A stretch of DNA of 64,000 bases from an uncultured Verrucomicrobiota bacterium (GTDB taxonomy: Bacteria > Verrucomicrobiota > Verrucomicrobiia > Limisphaerales > UBA9464): NCBI GenBank assembly GCA_903922605.1, contig CAIXUG010000080.1, positions 7,526 through 71,525 on the forward strand, in the 5' to 3' direction. Shown one piece after another: positions 31,001 through 40,164 of the stretch. How positions within the stretch are numbered: position 1 is the stretch's first letter; every line of letters starts with the position of its first letter. The position numbers and the translations under genes are program-made. Under the pieces are notes generated by a model. It was not told where the DNA came from, ran no database searches, and saw only the letters and a list, made by a program, of their open reading frames with translations.

Positions 31001-33607
31001 ACTGGCGGGATCGCCGGTGACCTGAGGCGGGGCCTGGACGGTCAGTGTTGCGTCGGTGCTGGTCACCGTACCGGCCAGATTCGTCACCACCACGCGGTAG
31101 CTCGCCGCGTCGCCCAGAGCGACACTGGGGATGGAATAACTCGTGCCCGTCGCACCAGGGAGGTTCGTCGTTGAGCGCTGCCACTGATACGCCAGCGGAC
31201 CGGTGCCAGCCGCGACCACGCTGAAGGTCACCGGATTACCCTGCACAATGGTCTGGCTCGCCGGTGGCGTCGTGATGGATGGCACCGTCCGCACCGTGAG
31301 CGTTGCCGCCGCGCTCGTGGCCGTGCCGGCCAGATTGGTCACCACGCAGTCGTAGCTGCCCGCATCCCCCGCCACACAGGAGGCCAGGGTCAGGGTCGCG
31401 GAGGTCTTGCCGGAAATACCCATGCCGCCCTTGCGCCACTGGTAGCCGAGCGGGCCGGTGCCCGTGGCCGTCACGGTAAAGGAGGCCGGGTCGCCCGGAT
31501 TCACGGTCTGGCTGGCCGGATCGCCGGTCACATTCGGCGGCACGCGTACCGTGAGGGTTGCCAACGCGCTCGTGGCCGTGCCGACGATGTTGCTGACGAC
31601 ACAGTCGTAGCTGCCTTCATCGATCGGCTGTACGCCGCTAAGGCTGAGTGTGGCGGCGGTTTGTCCGTCGAGCGTCATGCCACCCTTGCGCCACTGGTAG
31701 GTCGGGGTCGGAGTGCCGGTTGCTGTCACGGTAAAGCTGGCCGTGTCACCCTGGTTCACCGTCTGACTGGCGGGATCGCCGGTGACCGCGGGCGGAGTCT
31801 GGACAGTCAGGGTCGCGGCAGTGCTGGTGGCACCTTCGCCGGCTTCGTTGTCCACCATCACGGAATAGCCGGCGTCATCGGCCGGAGTGACCCCCGTCAG
31901 CGTGAGCGTGCTCCCAGTCTCCCCGGGAATCGGGTTCCCATCCTTCAGCCACTGGTAGCCCGACACATAGCCATCGGTGCTGAGGGAGAACACGACGGTC
32001 GCCCCGTCGTTCACCGTCTGGCTCACCGGTCCCGCCAGAATCTGCAGCGGCGCATACAGCGCGTAATTGAGCTGCACGATGCCGTTGCTCCCGCCCACGC
32101 CATCCATGTCCAGGGAATAGATTTTGGCCGCGTCGGCCTTGAAGGCGATGCGGCTCGCATGGTTTGACGGGCTGATGTCGTTGTTGCACGCGACCTCGAC
32201 CAGGCCGTCATAGACGTCCTCGCCCGTGCCGGTGTCGAAAAAGGCGCCCAGCAAGGTGTCGAAGGAACTGCCCTGCGTGTCGATGACCACGGTGCCGGCA
32301 TCCGCGCACAGGATCGAATACCACTCGGAGGAGCCGCCGGGAGTACCGCAGATCAGCGGTTCACCCACATCCGAACTGGCGCCGGTGGTATTGAAGACCT
32401 GGGTGCCGGAGATGCCGCGCGCCAGGCTCAGCGGGACGCCGTGGCCCAAGGACGCCGGCAAGGCCTGTTTTACCTGGAGCTTCGACGCCTGCCCGTCCGC
32501 CAGTGATTTGAGATAGGAATCCCGGGCGAGAACTCCGTTGTCCGTATTGTCCTTGCGTCGGTAGATCTGGATGTCCGCAGGTTTGGACTCAATGATGCGG
32601 GTCACATCCTTCAGGGTGGAGGTGATGCGGGCGAAATGATGGCCCACCTCCTTGGGGGACAGGCTTTTGAACGAGAGCTGGGGTGAGGTCGCGCCGGCAA
32701 TGGGCACGCCGTTGCGAAACCACTGGACGGTGTTGCTTTGTGAGCCCCGGGGCGGGGTGAAATCCACGGTGAGCGCGAAGTCCTCGCCCAGAGCGTGGTT
32801 CGCATCGGGCGGTTGAAAGTTGAAAACGGGCAGCAGGAAGGTGGTCGGCACCAGCGACCAGCCGAGCACGATGTCGCCGCGTCCGCCAATTTTGGTGGCC
32901 GCGCCATTGCCATCCACGGCGATGTAATAGATCTGGTTCGCCACGACATTAAACTGCACCCCGCTCGTGTGATACAGCCCCAGCTCGTCGTTCGATGCGA
33001 CCGGGATCAGACTGGGCAGATCCAGCGTCTGGCCCGCGACATATACGGCCAGCAGGGTGTCAAAATCACTGCCAAGCGTGGCCAACTCGGCGATGCCGGT
33101 CTGGGTGGGACGCCATTCCACCCACACGGAGGCCCCGCCCGGTTCGCCGGCATGGAACGGCTCCCCCGCAGCCCGCTGCACCGTGGCATTGGCGTTGGAG
33201 CTGACTCCGTTTCCATTGTCGCCCGGCAGCGCACTGTCGACGTTCGGGGGGAAATTGTCGACCAGCGGCAGCCGTCGCACGGACGGCACCAGCAGAACGG
33301 GCACGCTGCCGACCGTGTCGTTCAGGTCCGTGACCGCCACGCTGAAGGAGCCGCCGTCGGTGAAGATGAACTTGTTGAACTGCAACACCGCGTTGGTTTC
33401 GCCGGGGATGTTCGCGCCGTTGCGCCGCCACTGGTAGGAGAGCGGGCCTTTGCCGCTGGCCCGCACGGAGAGGGTGAAGGAATCCCCGATTGGAATCGGG
33501 CCGCCACCAGCGATCGGGTTCTGGGGCTGGGCATCGATGGTCACGTCGGCCCGTGCGCGGATACAAATACCGACCGCCAACAGGGCGAGCAGGAGGAAAT
33601 TTCGCAT
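28004..33607 (-). CDS. Large secreted immunoglobulin I-set repeat protein (~17 Ig domains, two PPC-like domains)
   Basis: Signal peptide MRNFLLLALLAVG, repeated P.SQTV..G...F.V.A.G.....YQW.......G.Y..VV.N..G..TS..ATLTV, and two GS.FDTLL...ND domains. Confidence 0.92.
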   Translation of the reverse strand: MRNFLLLALLAVGICIRARADVTIDAQPQNPIAGGGPIPIGDSFTLSVRASGKGPLSYQWRRNGANIPGETNAVLQFNKFIFTDGGSFSVAVTDLNDTVGSVPVLLVPSVRRLPLVDNFPPNVDSALPGDNGNGVSSNANATVQRAAGEPFHAGEPGGASVWVEWRPTQTGIAELATLGSDFDTLLAVYVAGQTLDLPSLIPVASNDELGLYHTSGVQFNVVANQIYYIAVDGNGAATKIGGRGDIVLGWSLVPTTFLLPVFNFQPPDANHALGEDFALTVDFTPPRGSQSNTVQWFRNGVPIAGATSPQLSFKSLSPKEVGHHFARITSTLKDVTRIIESKPADIQIYRRKDNTDNGVLARDSYLKSLADGQASKLQVKQALPASLGHGVPLSLARGISGTQVFNTTGASSDVGEPLICGTPGGSSEWYSILCADAGTVVIDTQGSSFDTLLGAFFDTGTGEDVYDGLVEVACNNDISPSNHASRIAFKADAAKIYSLDMDGVGGSNGIVQLNYALYAPLQILAGPVSQTVNDGATVVFSLSTDGYVSGYQWLKDGNPIPGETGSTLTLTGVTPADDAGYSVMVDNEAGEGATSTAATLTVQTPPAVTGDPASQTVNQGDTASFTVTATGTPTPTYQWRKGGMTLDGQTAATLSLSGVQPIDEGSYDCVVSNIVGTATSALATLTVRVPPNVTGDPASQTVNPGDPASFTVTATGTGPLGYQWRKGGMGISGKTSATLTLASCVAGDAGSYDCVVTNLAGTATSAAATLTVRTVPSITTPPASQTIVQGNPVTFSVVAAGTGPLAYQWQRSTTNLPGATGTSYSIPSVALGDAASYRVVVTNLAGTVTSTDATLTVQAPPQVTGDPASQTVNQGDTANFTVTATGTPAPTYQWRKGGTALPGKTAATLSLASVLPADEGSYDCVVSNVVSTATSAAATLTVRVPPDVTGDPASQTVNPGDPVSFTVTATGTGPLGYQWRKGGMDISGKTSATLSIASCVAGDAGSYDCVVTNLAGTATSAAATLTVRTLPSITTPPASQTIVQGNPVTFSVVAAGTGPLAYQWQRATTNLPGATGTSYSIPSVALSDTGSYRVVVTNLAGTVTSVDATLTVQAPPHVTGDPLSQTVNQGDTASFTVTATGTPAPTYQWRKGGTALPGKTAATLSLTSVLPADEGSYDCVVSNVVSTATSAAATLTVRVPPNVTGDPSSQTVNPGDTASFTVTATGTGPLGYQWRKGGTNLVGKIAAMLSIPGAQSADAGSYDCVVSNLAGSDTSAAATLTVRTVPSITTPPASQTIVQGNPVTFSVVAAGTGPLAYQWQRAATNLPGATGTNYSIPSVALGDAGSYRVAVTNLAGTVTSTAATLTVQAPPLVTVDPASQTVNQGDTANFTVTATGTPAPTYQWRKGGMALPGKTAATLSLTSVLPADEGSYDCVVSNVVSTATSAAATLTVRVPPSITGDPASQTVNPGDPVSFTVTATGTGPLGYQWRKGGMGLSGKTSATLTLASCVAGDAGSYDCVVSNLAGTNTSAAATLTVRTVPSITTPPASQTIVQGNPVTFSVVAAGTGPLAYQWQRAATNLPGATGTNYSIPSVALSDAGSYRVVVTNLAGTVTSTAATLTVQAPPQVTGDPVSQTVNQGDTATFTVTATGTPAPTYQWRKGGTALPGKTAATLSLTNVLSADDGSYDCVVSNVVSTATSAAATLSVRVPPTITTPPASLSRVVGQSATFSVVAAGTPSLAYQWQRGTTNIPGATGTNYTIASVNVSDAGSYRVVVTNLAGTVTSVAATLSVSTAAAPSFTVFEVLPDGRLHLRLQGTPGLTYTIQSTPDFSTWTDVTSGSPADGLLDYTSPSPVSGPGLLYRALGP
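28226..31795 (-). repeat. Intragenic array of 14 x 255-bp Ig units with a 765-bp higher-order period
   Basis: Units read (A-B-C)x4-A-C'. Equivalent ggatcgccggtgac sites at 31773 and 31008 are 765 bp apart. Confidence 0.9.
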
Positions 33608-33881
33608 CGTTGACAAATAAGCAGGTTTCTTGCTGAAAGGCGATTTCAAACCCACCGCCTTTGGACGTATGGCGGTGACCCACCGGCAATGATATCCAAG
33701 GTTCGACATTGCAAACTGCAACCCTCAGGCCAGCCATCACCGTGGGCGTCAGGATCATTTTCCCGGCCATCTGCAAAATCGCGAATCTGCGGACACTCTC
33801 AGACCGTTTCTCAAGCCCGACTTGGCCCGAAGATTGTTAATTCGGGGGCGATCTGCTTCCCTGTGAGCAACCTCTGAAACC

Positions 33882-36800
33882 ATGCATCCCGGAACCCGTT
33901 TCTTCCCTCATTGCCGGTTGCTCGCGGGGCTGACCATCACCTGCCTGCTGGCGGACCGCCCGGCCAGCGCCCAGCCCGTGGTCAGCGAAGGGGGCGCCCG
34001 AATTGTCGCCATTGAGAACCAGGTCCGGGCGCAGCGCCGCGGTGCCGGCACCTTTGCCAACGTCGCGACGAACGAGCTGCTCGGGCTCGGCGATTCCCTC
34101 AGCACCGGCCCCGACAGCAGCGCCACGCTCGGGCTCGGTGACAAGGCGCTTTACCGTGTGGACGAACTGACCGACCTCGTGCTCTCGCCCGCCGGTGCCG
34201 GCACCGGCAACCGCTTCCAGGTGGAGCTGCGCGAAGGCGGCTTCTACCTGCTCAACCGTGAGAAAACGGGCGAACAGAAGTTCAAGACCCCCACCGCCTC
34301 CGGTGCAATTTTAGGCACCGAGGTTGCAGTTCGCGTCACCCGCAATGGTCGCACCACCGTCGCGCTGCTCGAAGGCCGCGTGGATCTCAGCAACGAGTTC
34401 GGCTCCATAAGCCTCGCTCCCGGCGAACAGGGCGACGTGCAACCCGGCCAGGCACCCACAAAGACCGCGCTGCTCGATGCGGTCGCACCCGTGCAATGGG
34501 CGCTCTATTACCCCGGCGTCCTCAACCCCTATGACCTTGAGCTCACCGAAGAAACCCGTACCGCACTCGCCGCTTCGCTCGCGGCCTATCGGACCGGTGA
34601 CCTGCCGGGAGCGCTGGCCGCCTATCCCGAAGGCCGCACGCCGACGGACGACGCGGAGAAAACCTACCGCGCCGCGCTCAGTCTTTCGGTCGGCCAGGCG
34701 GCGAAGGCCGAAGAATTCCTCACCGGCGTGAATTCCGAGGCAGCGGTGGCGCTCCGGCAGGTCATTGCGGTCACGCGCGGCCAGGGGGAAAGCTCAAAGT
34801 TCAAAGCTCAAAGCTCGACGGCGTTACTGGCGGAATCCTATGCGGCGCAATCGCGCAACGATCTTGCTGCCGCGCTGATCGCCGCGAAAGCCGCCGTGGC
34901 CGCCGCGCTGGACTTCGGCTTCGCCCATGCGCGAGTCGCGGAACTGGAATTCAGCTTCGGCCACACCGCCGCCGCGAAAACGTCCCTCGCCCGGGCCCTT
35001 GAACTTTCTCCCCGGAATGCCCAGGCACACTCGCTACAGGGGTTCATCCTGGCGGCGGAAAATCACATCGCCCAAGGGGTTGCCGCTTTTGACCAGGCCA
35101 TCGCCCTTGATCCACACCTGGCCCCGGCCCGGCTTGGACGCGGCCTATGCCGGATCAAGCTCGGGCAGCTCGGTGCCGGTCGCGCCGATCTTCAGGCCGC
35201 CGCCGCGCTCAAGCCCACCCGCGCAGTCTTCCGCAGCTACCTCGGCAAGGCCTGGAACGAGGAACACGGTCTCGCCCGCGCCGATCTGGAACTGCGCCGC
35301 GCCCGGGAACTGGATCCTGCGGACCCGACCGCCTGGCTCTATCTTGCCCTGCTCCGCCAGCAGCAGAACCGCGTGAACGAGGCGGTCGGCGACCTGGAGG
35401 AATCCCGGGCCCGCAACGAAAACCGCGCCGTGTACCGCTCGCGCGAGCTGCTCGACCAGGACCGCGCGGTCCGCGGCGCGAACCTCGCCAGCGTCTACCG
35501 CGACGCCGGCCTGACCGAGCCCGCGGTGCGCGAGGCCAGCCGCGCCGTCGCGAGCGACTATGGCAACGCGAGCGCCCACCTCTTCCTCGCCAGCAGCTAC
35601 GACGCGCTGCGCGATCCGCGCCTCTTCAACCTCCGCTATGAGACGCCGTGGTTCAGCGAGCTGCTCGTGGCCAACCTGCTCGCGCCCGTAGGTGTCGGCA
35701 CGCTGTCGCAGAACATCTCACAGCAGGAATATTCCCGCCTCTTCGAGCGCGACCGTGTCGGGGTCAGTTCCACGACCAAGTATTTCAGCAACGGCGCCTG
35801 GGCCGAGCGCGGCTCGCAATTCGGCACGTTCGGCAGTTTCAGCTACGCGCTCGACGCGGATTACCGCAGCGAGCCGGGTTTTGCGCGCAATACCGACCAG
35901 GAACAGACCTCCCTGTATGCCAAGGCCAAATGGCAGCTCACGCCAGACGACAGCCTCTTCCTGCTGCTGAACTACAGCGATTATAAGAACGGCGACACCC
36001 GGCAGCTCTACGACCCGAACTCGGCGAGTCCCGGCTTTCGCTCCACCGAGACGCAGGAACCGAACGTCTTCGTCGGCTGGCACCATGAATGGGCGCCGGG
36101 CCAGCATTCGCTGCTGCTCGTCAGCCGGCTCGACGACACGGTGGAATACGGGGACCCCAGTTCGCCCATTCCCCTGGTCAGCCGCCCCGGGGAAGGTGCG
36201 CCCCCCACCACGTTTCGCACCCGTCCCTTCTCGACCGACTACCGCAGTGCGCTCACGGCCTACGGCGTGGAGTGGGAACAGATCGCCGAGCTGGACCGGC
36301 ATACGCTCGTCGCCGGCGTGCGCTACCAGAAGGGCGACGTGGACACTGCCAACATGCTGGTCAACGGCTCCGGCGCGCCGCCCGGAGCCAGCGCGTTTCC
36401 GGCGCTGACGAACTCCGTGGCCAACGATCTCGACCGCTTCAGCATCTATGCGTACGACATCTGGCAGGTGTTGCCTTCGCTGCGCCTCTCCGCCGGCATC
36501 AGCTACGAGCGCCTTTACTTCCCGGTAAACATTGACCTGCCGCCGTTGGATCCCGGTCAGCAGACAAAGGAGAAGGTTTCGCCCAAGCTTGGCCTCGAAT
36601 GGTCGCCGCTCCCGGACACGCATCTGCGCGCCGCCTGGACGCGTTCGCTCGGCGGCAGCTACTACGACACCAGCGTGCGCCTCGAACCGGTGCAGGTCGC
36701 CGGTTTCACGCAGGCCTTTCGCAGCCTGCTGCCCGAGTCGGTGGATGGCCTCGCGCCGGGCTCGGAATTCGAGACCGTCAGCGTCGGTATCGAACACAAA

Positions 36801-37418
36801 TTCCCCACGCGCACCTATGTCAATCTCGTGGCGGAGCGGCTGACTTCGGACGCGGACCAGAATTTCGGCGCCTTCGACTACCCGCATGTTGCGGTCGATC
36901 CCATTCTCGGCCTGTCGCTGCTCCAGGCCGTGCCGGCCACGCTGGGCCGGACGCTCGATTTCGAGGAACGCACCTTCACCGCCACGGTGAACCAGCTGCT
37001 CGGCGAGCGCTGGTCCCTCGGGGCGAGCTACCGACTCAGCGAGGCCGATCTCCGGGACAGCTATCCGGCCTCCATCGCCTCCCTGCCCACCTCACCGGCA
37101 CTGGATGTGTCCGCCACGCTGCACCAGGTCACTGGCTTTGTGCGCTTCAACCACGAATGCGGCTTTTTCAGTGAGTTCAGCAGCATGTGGACGCAGCAGT
37201 CCAACCGGGGTTACGGCACCGGGGTGAAGGATCTGCCAGGGGACGACTTCTGGCAGTTCAACGTCTTCGCCGGCTACCGCTTCCTCCAGCGGCGGGCCGA
37301 GGTGCGCGTCGGTGTGCTGAACCTCACGGGGCAGGATTACCGCCTGAATCCCCTCAATCTCCACGACGAATACCCGCGCGAGCGGACCTTCTACACGAGC
37401 CTGCGGCTGAATTTCTGA
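33882..37418 (+). CDS. FecR domain + TPR repeats + TonB-receptor-like outer-membrane beta-barrel protein (NsrA-like architecture)
   Basis: N-terminal signal peptide, GDSLSTGPDSSA...FKTPTASGAILGTE...LLEGRV (FecR), TPRs (RALELSPRNAQAH), VYRSRELLDQDRAVR, amphipathic strands ending GVLNLTGQDY...RTFYTSLRLNF with terminal Phe. Confidence 0.85.
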   Translation: MHPGTRFFPHCRLLAGLTITCLLADRPASAQPVVSEGGARIVAIENQVRAQRRGAGTFANVATNELLGLGDSLSTGPDSSATLGLGDKALYRVDELTDLVLSPAGAGTGNRFQVELREGGFYLLNREKTGEQKFKTPTASGAILGTEVAVRVTRNGRTTVALLEGRVDLSNEFGSISLAPGEQGDVQPGQAPTKTALLDAVAPVQWALYYPGVLNPYDLELTEETRTALAASLAAYRTGDLPGALAAYPEGRTPTDDAEKTYRAALSLSVGQAAKAEEFLTGVNSEAAVALRQVIAVTRGQGESSKFKAQSSTALLAESYAAQSRNDLAAALIAAKAAVAAALDFGFAHARVAELEFSFGHTAAAKTSLARALELSPRNAQAHSLQGFILAAENHIAQGVAAFDQAIALDPHLAPARLGRGLCRIKLGQLGAGRADLQAAAALKPTRAVFRSYLGKAWNEEHGLARADLELRRARELDPADPTAWLYLALLRQQQNRVNEAVGDLEESRARNENRAVYRSRELLDQDRAVRGANLASVYRDAGLTEPAVREASRAVASDYGNASAHLFLASSYDALRDPRLFNLRYETPWFSELLVANLLAPVGVGTLSQNISQQEYSRLFERDRVGVSSTTKYFSNGAWAERGSQFGTFGSFSYALDADYRSEPGFARNTDQEQTSLYAKAKWQLTPDDSLFLLLNYSDYKNGDTRQLYDPNSASPGFRSTETQEPNVFVGWHHEWAPGQHSLLLVSRLDDTVEYGDPSSPIPLVSRPGEGAPPTTFRTRPFSTDYRSALTAYGVEWEQIAELDRHTLVAGVRYQKGDVDTANMLVNGSGAPPGASAFPALTNSVANDLDRFSIYAYDIWQVLPSLRLSAGISYERLYFPVNIDLPPLDPGQQTKEKVSPKLGLEWSPLPDTHLRAAWTRSLGGSYYDTSVRLEPVQVAGFTQAFRSLLPESVDGLAPGSEFETVSVGIEHKFPTRTYVNLVAERLTSDADQNFGAFDYPHVAVDPILGLSLLQAVPATLGRTLDFEERTFTATVNQLLGERWSLGASYRLSEADLRDSYPASIASLPTSPALDVSATLHQVTGFVRFNHECGFFSEFSSMWTQQSNRGYGTGVKDLPGDDFWQFNVFAGYRFLQRRAEVRVGVLNLTGQDYRLNPLNLHDEYPRERTFYTSLRLNF

Positions 37419-37430
37419 GCCCGCACCCGC

Positions 37431-39485
37431 ATGAAGCGCCTGCTGTCCGTCCTGTTCGACCGGTACACGCTCCTGGGTCTGGCCCTAACCGTGGGACTGG
37501 GCTGGCTGCTCAACGGCTACGAGAGCAAATACGGCTCGCACTTGATCGGGCAAAGCGCGCGGTTCGCCAGCTACGACTGGCTGTTCCGCGCCGCGCGGGC
37601 AAAGCCGCCGCCGAAAGATGTCGTCCTCGTGCTGATGGATGAGAAATCCCATGCCGATCTGGGCCAGCAGCTCGCCGCCCCCTGGGATCGCCGCATCCAT
37701 GCACGTCTCATCCGGAGGCTCACGGCTGCGGGCGCGAAAGCCATCGTATTCGATATCGTGTTCCTCACGAACCGGTTTGTGCTGCCGGAGGAGGATGCGG
37801 CATTGGTCGCGGCCGCTCAGGAATCCGGACGTGTGATCCTGGCTGCCAACCCCCGTCCCGGCCCAAGTCCCAAGGATGTGCCGGGAGTGGACCCGCCCTT
37901 TCGGGCATTACGCCGGGCCGTCCAAGAGCACTGGGGTCAGGTACAGTTTTTGGAATCCGACGATCTCATCGTTCGACTACATCCCCCGTCCTTCCCTCCA
38001 TTCAAGCCAAGCCTGAGCTGGGCGGTGGCCAAATTCCTCGACGCTCCCGTCACCCGCGCCACAAACGAGACTGAGCTGGCGGCGAACATGTCGGCGGAAC
38101 GGTGGCTGCGGTATTACGGTCCCGCGTTATCGCTGAGTCCCTGCCCCTATGAGGACGCTTTGGACCCGGCACGGATGCCGGATGACTTCTTCCGGGACAA
38201 AATTGTTTTCGTGGGCGCGAGCACGCTGACCAAATTCAGCGGTGAACGAAAAGACGCTTTTGCATCGCCCTACTCGATGCTGGTCCGAGACAATCAGCAA
38301 TTGATCGGCGGGGTGGAAATCCAGGCGACCGCCACGCTGAATCTGCTGCGCGGCGATTGGCTGACGAGGCCCTCCCAACAAGCCGAAGGCTGGCTCGCAA
38401 TCGCGGTGGGAATTGTCTTCGGTGCCGGCCTGATGCATTTCCGGCCCCGCAGCATCGTTCCCCTCACGTTGGGCTCTTTGGCGGCGCTGTTCGGCCTCGC
38501 TATGTGGCTCTTTCAACGGCACAATCTGTGGTTCGCGTGGCTCATCCCGGCCTACCAGATCGGAGCTGCCGGTCTGTACGCCGTCGCGGTCAATTCCATC
38601 CGCCTCGCCTTCCGCAACCGGCTGCTGCTCGAGTCTGTTTCCCGCTATCTGTCGCCGAAGCTGTCCCGCCAGTTCGCCGGTGAACGCGCCGAGGAACTGC
38701 TCCGCCCCGGTGCGACCAAGCAGCAGGTCACCGCCCTTTTCAGCGACATCGCGGGTTTCACCAGCATCTCCGAGGGCCTCGACCCCGATGAACTGGCGCA
38801 GATGATGAACCAGTATTTCGAGACGGCGGTGGGCCGGTGCATCTTCCCCACCGACGGCACGGTGGTGAAGTTTATCGGCGACGCCATTTTCGCCCTCTGG
38901 AACGCGCCCGACCCGCAGCCCGACCATGCGTGGCGCGCGTGTGACGCCGCCCTGCGCTTCCGCCAGCAGGCGGTGCAGGAAAACCATGGTCGCCAGCTCA
39001 TCACCCGCATCGGCCTGCACACGGGGGAGGCCAACGTCGGCAACTTCGGCAGCCGCGAACGCTTCGACTACACGGCTTTCGGCGAGACCATCAATCTCGC
39101 CTCGCGCATGGAGGGCCTGAACAAGCATCTCGGTACCCTCACGCTGATGACCGGTGAAACCCACCGGCTCACCGGCGACAAGTTCCTGACCCGCTATCTG
39201 GGCCGGCTCGTGCTAAAGGGCTTTGGCCACTCCATCGAGGTGTACGAGCTCGTCGGCACCCCGGAGCAGCGGGCGAGGTTTGCCGATCTCCACACCGCCT
39301 TCGCCGCAGCCCTTGCGGAGTTCCAGGCGGGCCGACTCGACATGGCCGCAACGGCCTTCACCGACGTCAGCCAACGCTGGCCCGCCGACGGCCCGACGAA
39401 GTTCTACCTCCGCACCCTCGCGGAACTTCGCGAGCATCCGCCCGAAGGAAGGTGGACCGGCGAGGTGGAACTGAAGGAGAAGTAG
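37431..39485 (+). CDS. CHASE2-domain adenylate/guanylate cyclase
   Basis: DVVLVLMDE..S, PWDR..HARLI, AIVFDIVF, KIVFVG, GVEIQA (CHASE2), three TM helices, LFSDIAGFT, VKFIGDA, RIGLHTG, GETINLASRMEG. Confidence 0.92.
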   Translation: MKRLLSVLFDRYTLLGLALTVGLGWLLNGYESKYGSHLIGQSARFASYDWLFRAARAKPPPKDVVLVLMDEKSHADLGQQLAAPWDRRIHARLIRRLTAAGAKAIVFDIVFLTNRFVLPEEDAALVAAAQESGRVILAANPRPGPSPKDVPGVDPPFRALRRAVQEHWGQVQFLESDDLIVRLHPPSFPPFKPSLSWAVAKFLDAPVTRATNETELAANMSAERWLRYYGPALSLSPCPYEDALDPARMPDDFFRDKIVFVGASTLTKFSGERKDAFASPYSMLVRDNQQLIGGVEIQATATLNLLRGDWLTRPSQQAEGWLAIAVGIVFGAGLMHFRPRSIVPLTLGSLAALFGLAMWLFQRHNLWFAWLIPAYQIGAAGLYAVAVNSIRLAFRNRLLLESVSRYLSPKLSRQFAGERAEELLRPGATKQQVTALFSDIAGFTSISEGLDPDELAQMMNQYFETAVGRCIFPTDGTVVKFIGDAIFALWNAPDPQPDHAWRACDAALRFRQQAVQENHGRQLITRIGLHTGEANVGNFGSRERFDYTAFGETINLASRMEGLNKHLGTLTLMTGETHRLTGDKFLTRYLGRLVLKGFGHSIEVYELVGTPEQRARFADLHTAFAAALAEFQAGRLDMAATAFTDVSQRWPADGPTKFYLRTLAELREHPPEGRWTGEVELKEK

Positions 39486-40164
39486 GAACCGAAATTTCGA
39501 ATTTCGATCTACGATTGATTAGGAGGAGGCTTGAAGGATTGAGTTTCGCTGGAGAGGAACGGTGAACTCCCTGGCCCCTTTCGTGCCCAAAAAGCGGAAC
39601 CGGCTCAGACGCACACAATTACATCTGAGCCGGCCAGCCATCGTTTCCGCATGACCTCAGAAACGATTCTGAAATGCGGCCTGCCCGGCAATCAAGTTAC
39701 ACAAAAGCCAGCGCAAACCGGTGGAACATGTCCGCGAAACACACCCGCAGGAGAGGAATGGGGTCCTGTCGGTTTATGTCTGGGACATGCTTGAAAACGT
39801 CCGTTAAAAAGAACATCGGGGACCAACTTCCATCATCGCCGGCCACCTATGTCGCAACATGCATCCGATGCATTGCGCAATCTCATCCCGCAAATGGCAG
39901 TTCAAGACGACCGTCACTATCAGACGAGACCGACCTAGACTGCGATTTTCAGGCAGAAACAAGCGCTTTCCATTGTCTCGTCCGAGGCCAGCGATCATTC
40001 GCAGGTTCCGTACAAAATTCCTGACGCAGGGAATATGCCAAATCAGCTGCGTAGAATGTTTGGCGGCTCAGAAGGTAAAATCGTGTAACCGCCCGCCGAA
40101 TTATTCGTCGACTCCTGCGGCTCGAAATACCCCGACGAAGATAACATGACCTGCTCTTCCCCCT

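Noticed and set aside
28226-31795. CRISPR-like or mobile repeat array
   Set aside because: The repeats are 255-bp in-frame coding units without unique spacers, and there are no cas genes.
33823-33877. Sigma-54 site (tggcccgaagattgtt) and CRP-like box (tgtgagcaacctctga) upstream of the barrel-cyclase genes
   Set aside because: The -12 element is GT rather than GC, and the second CRP half-site matches only 3/5.
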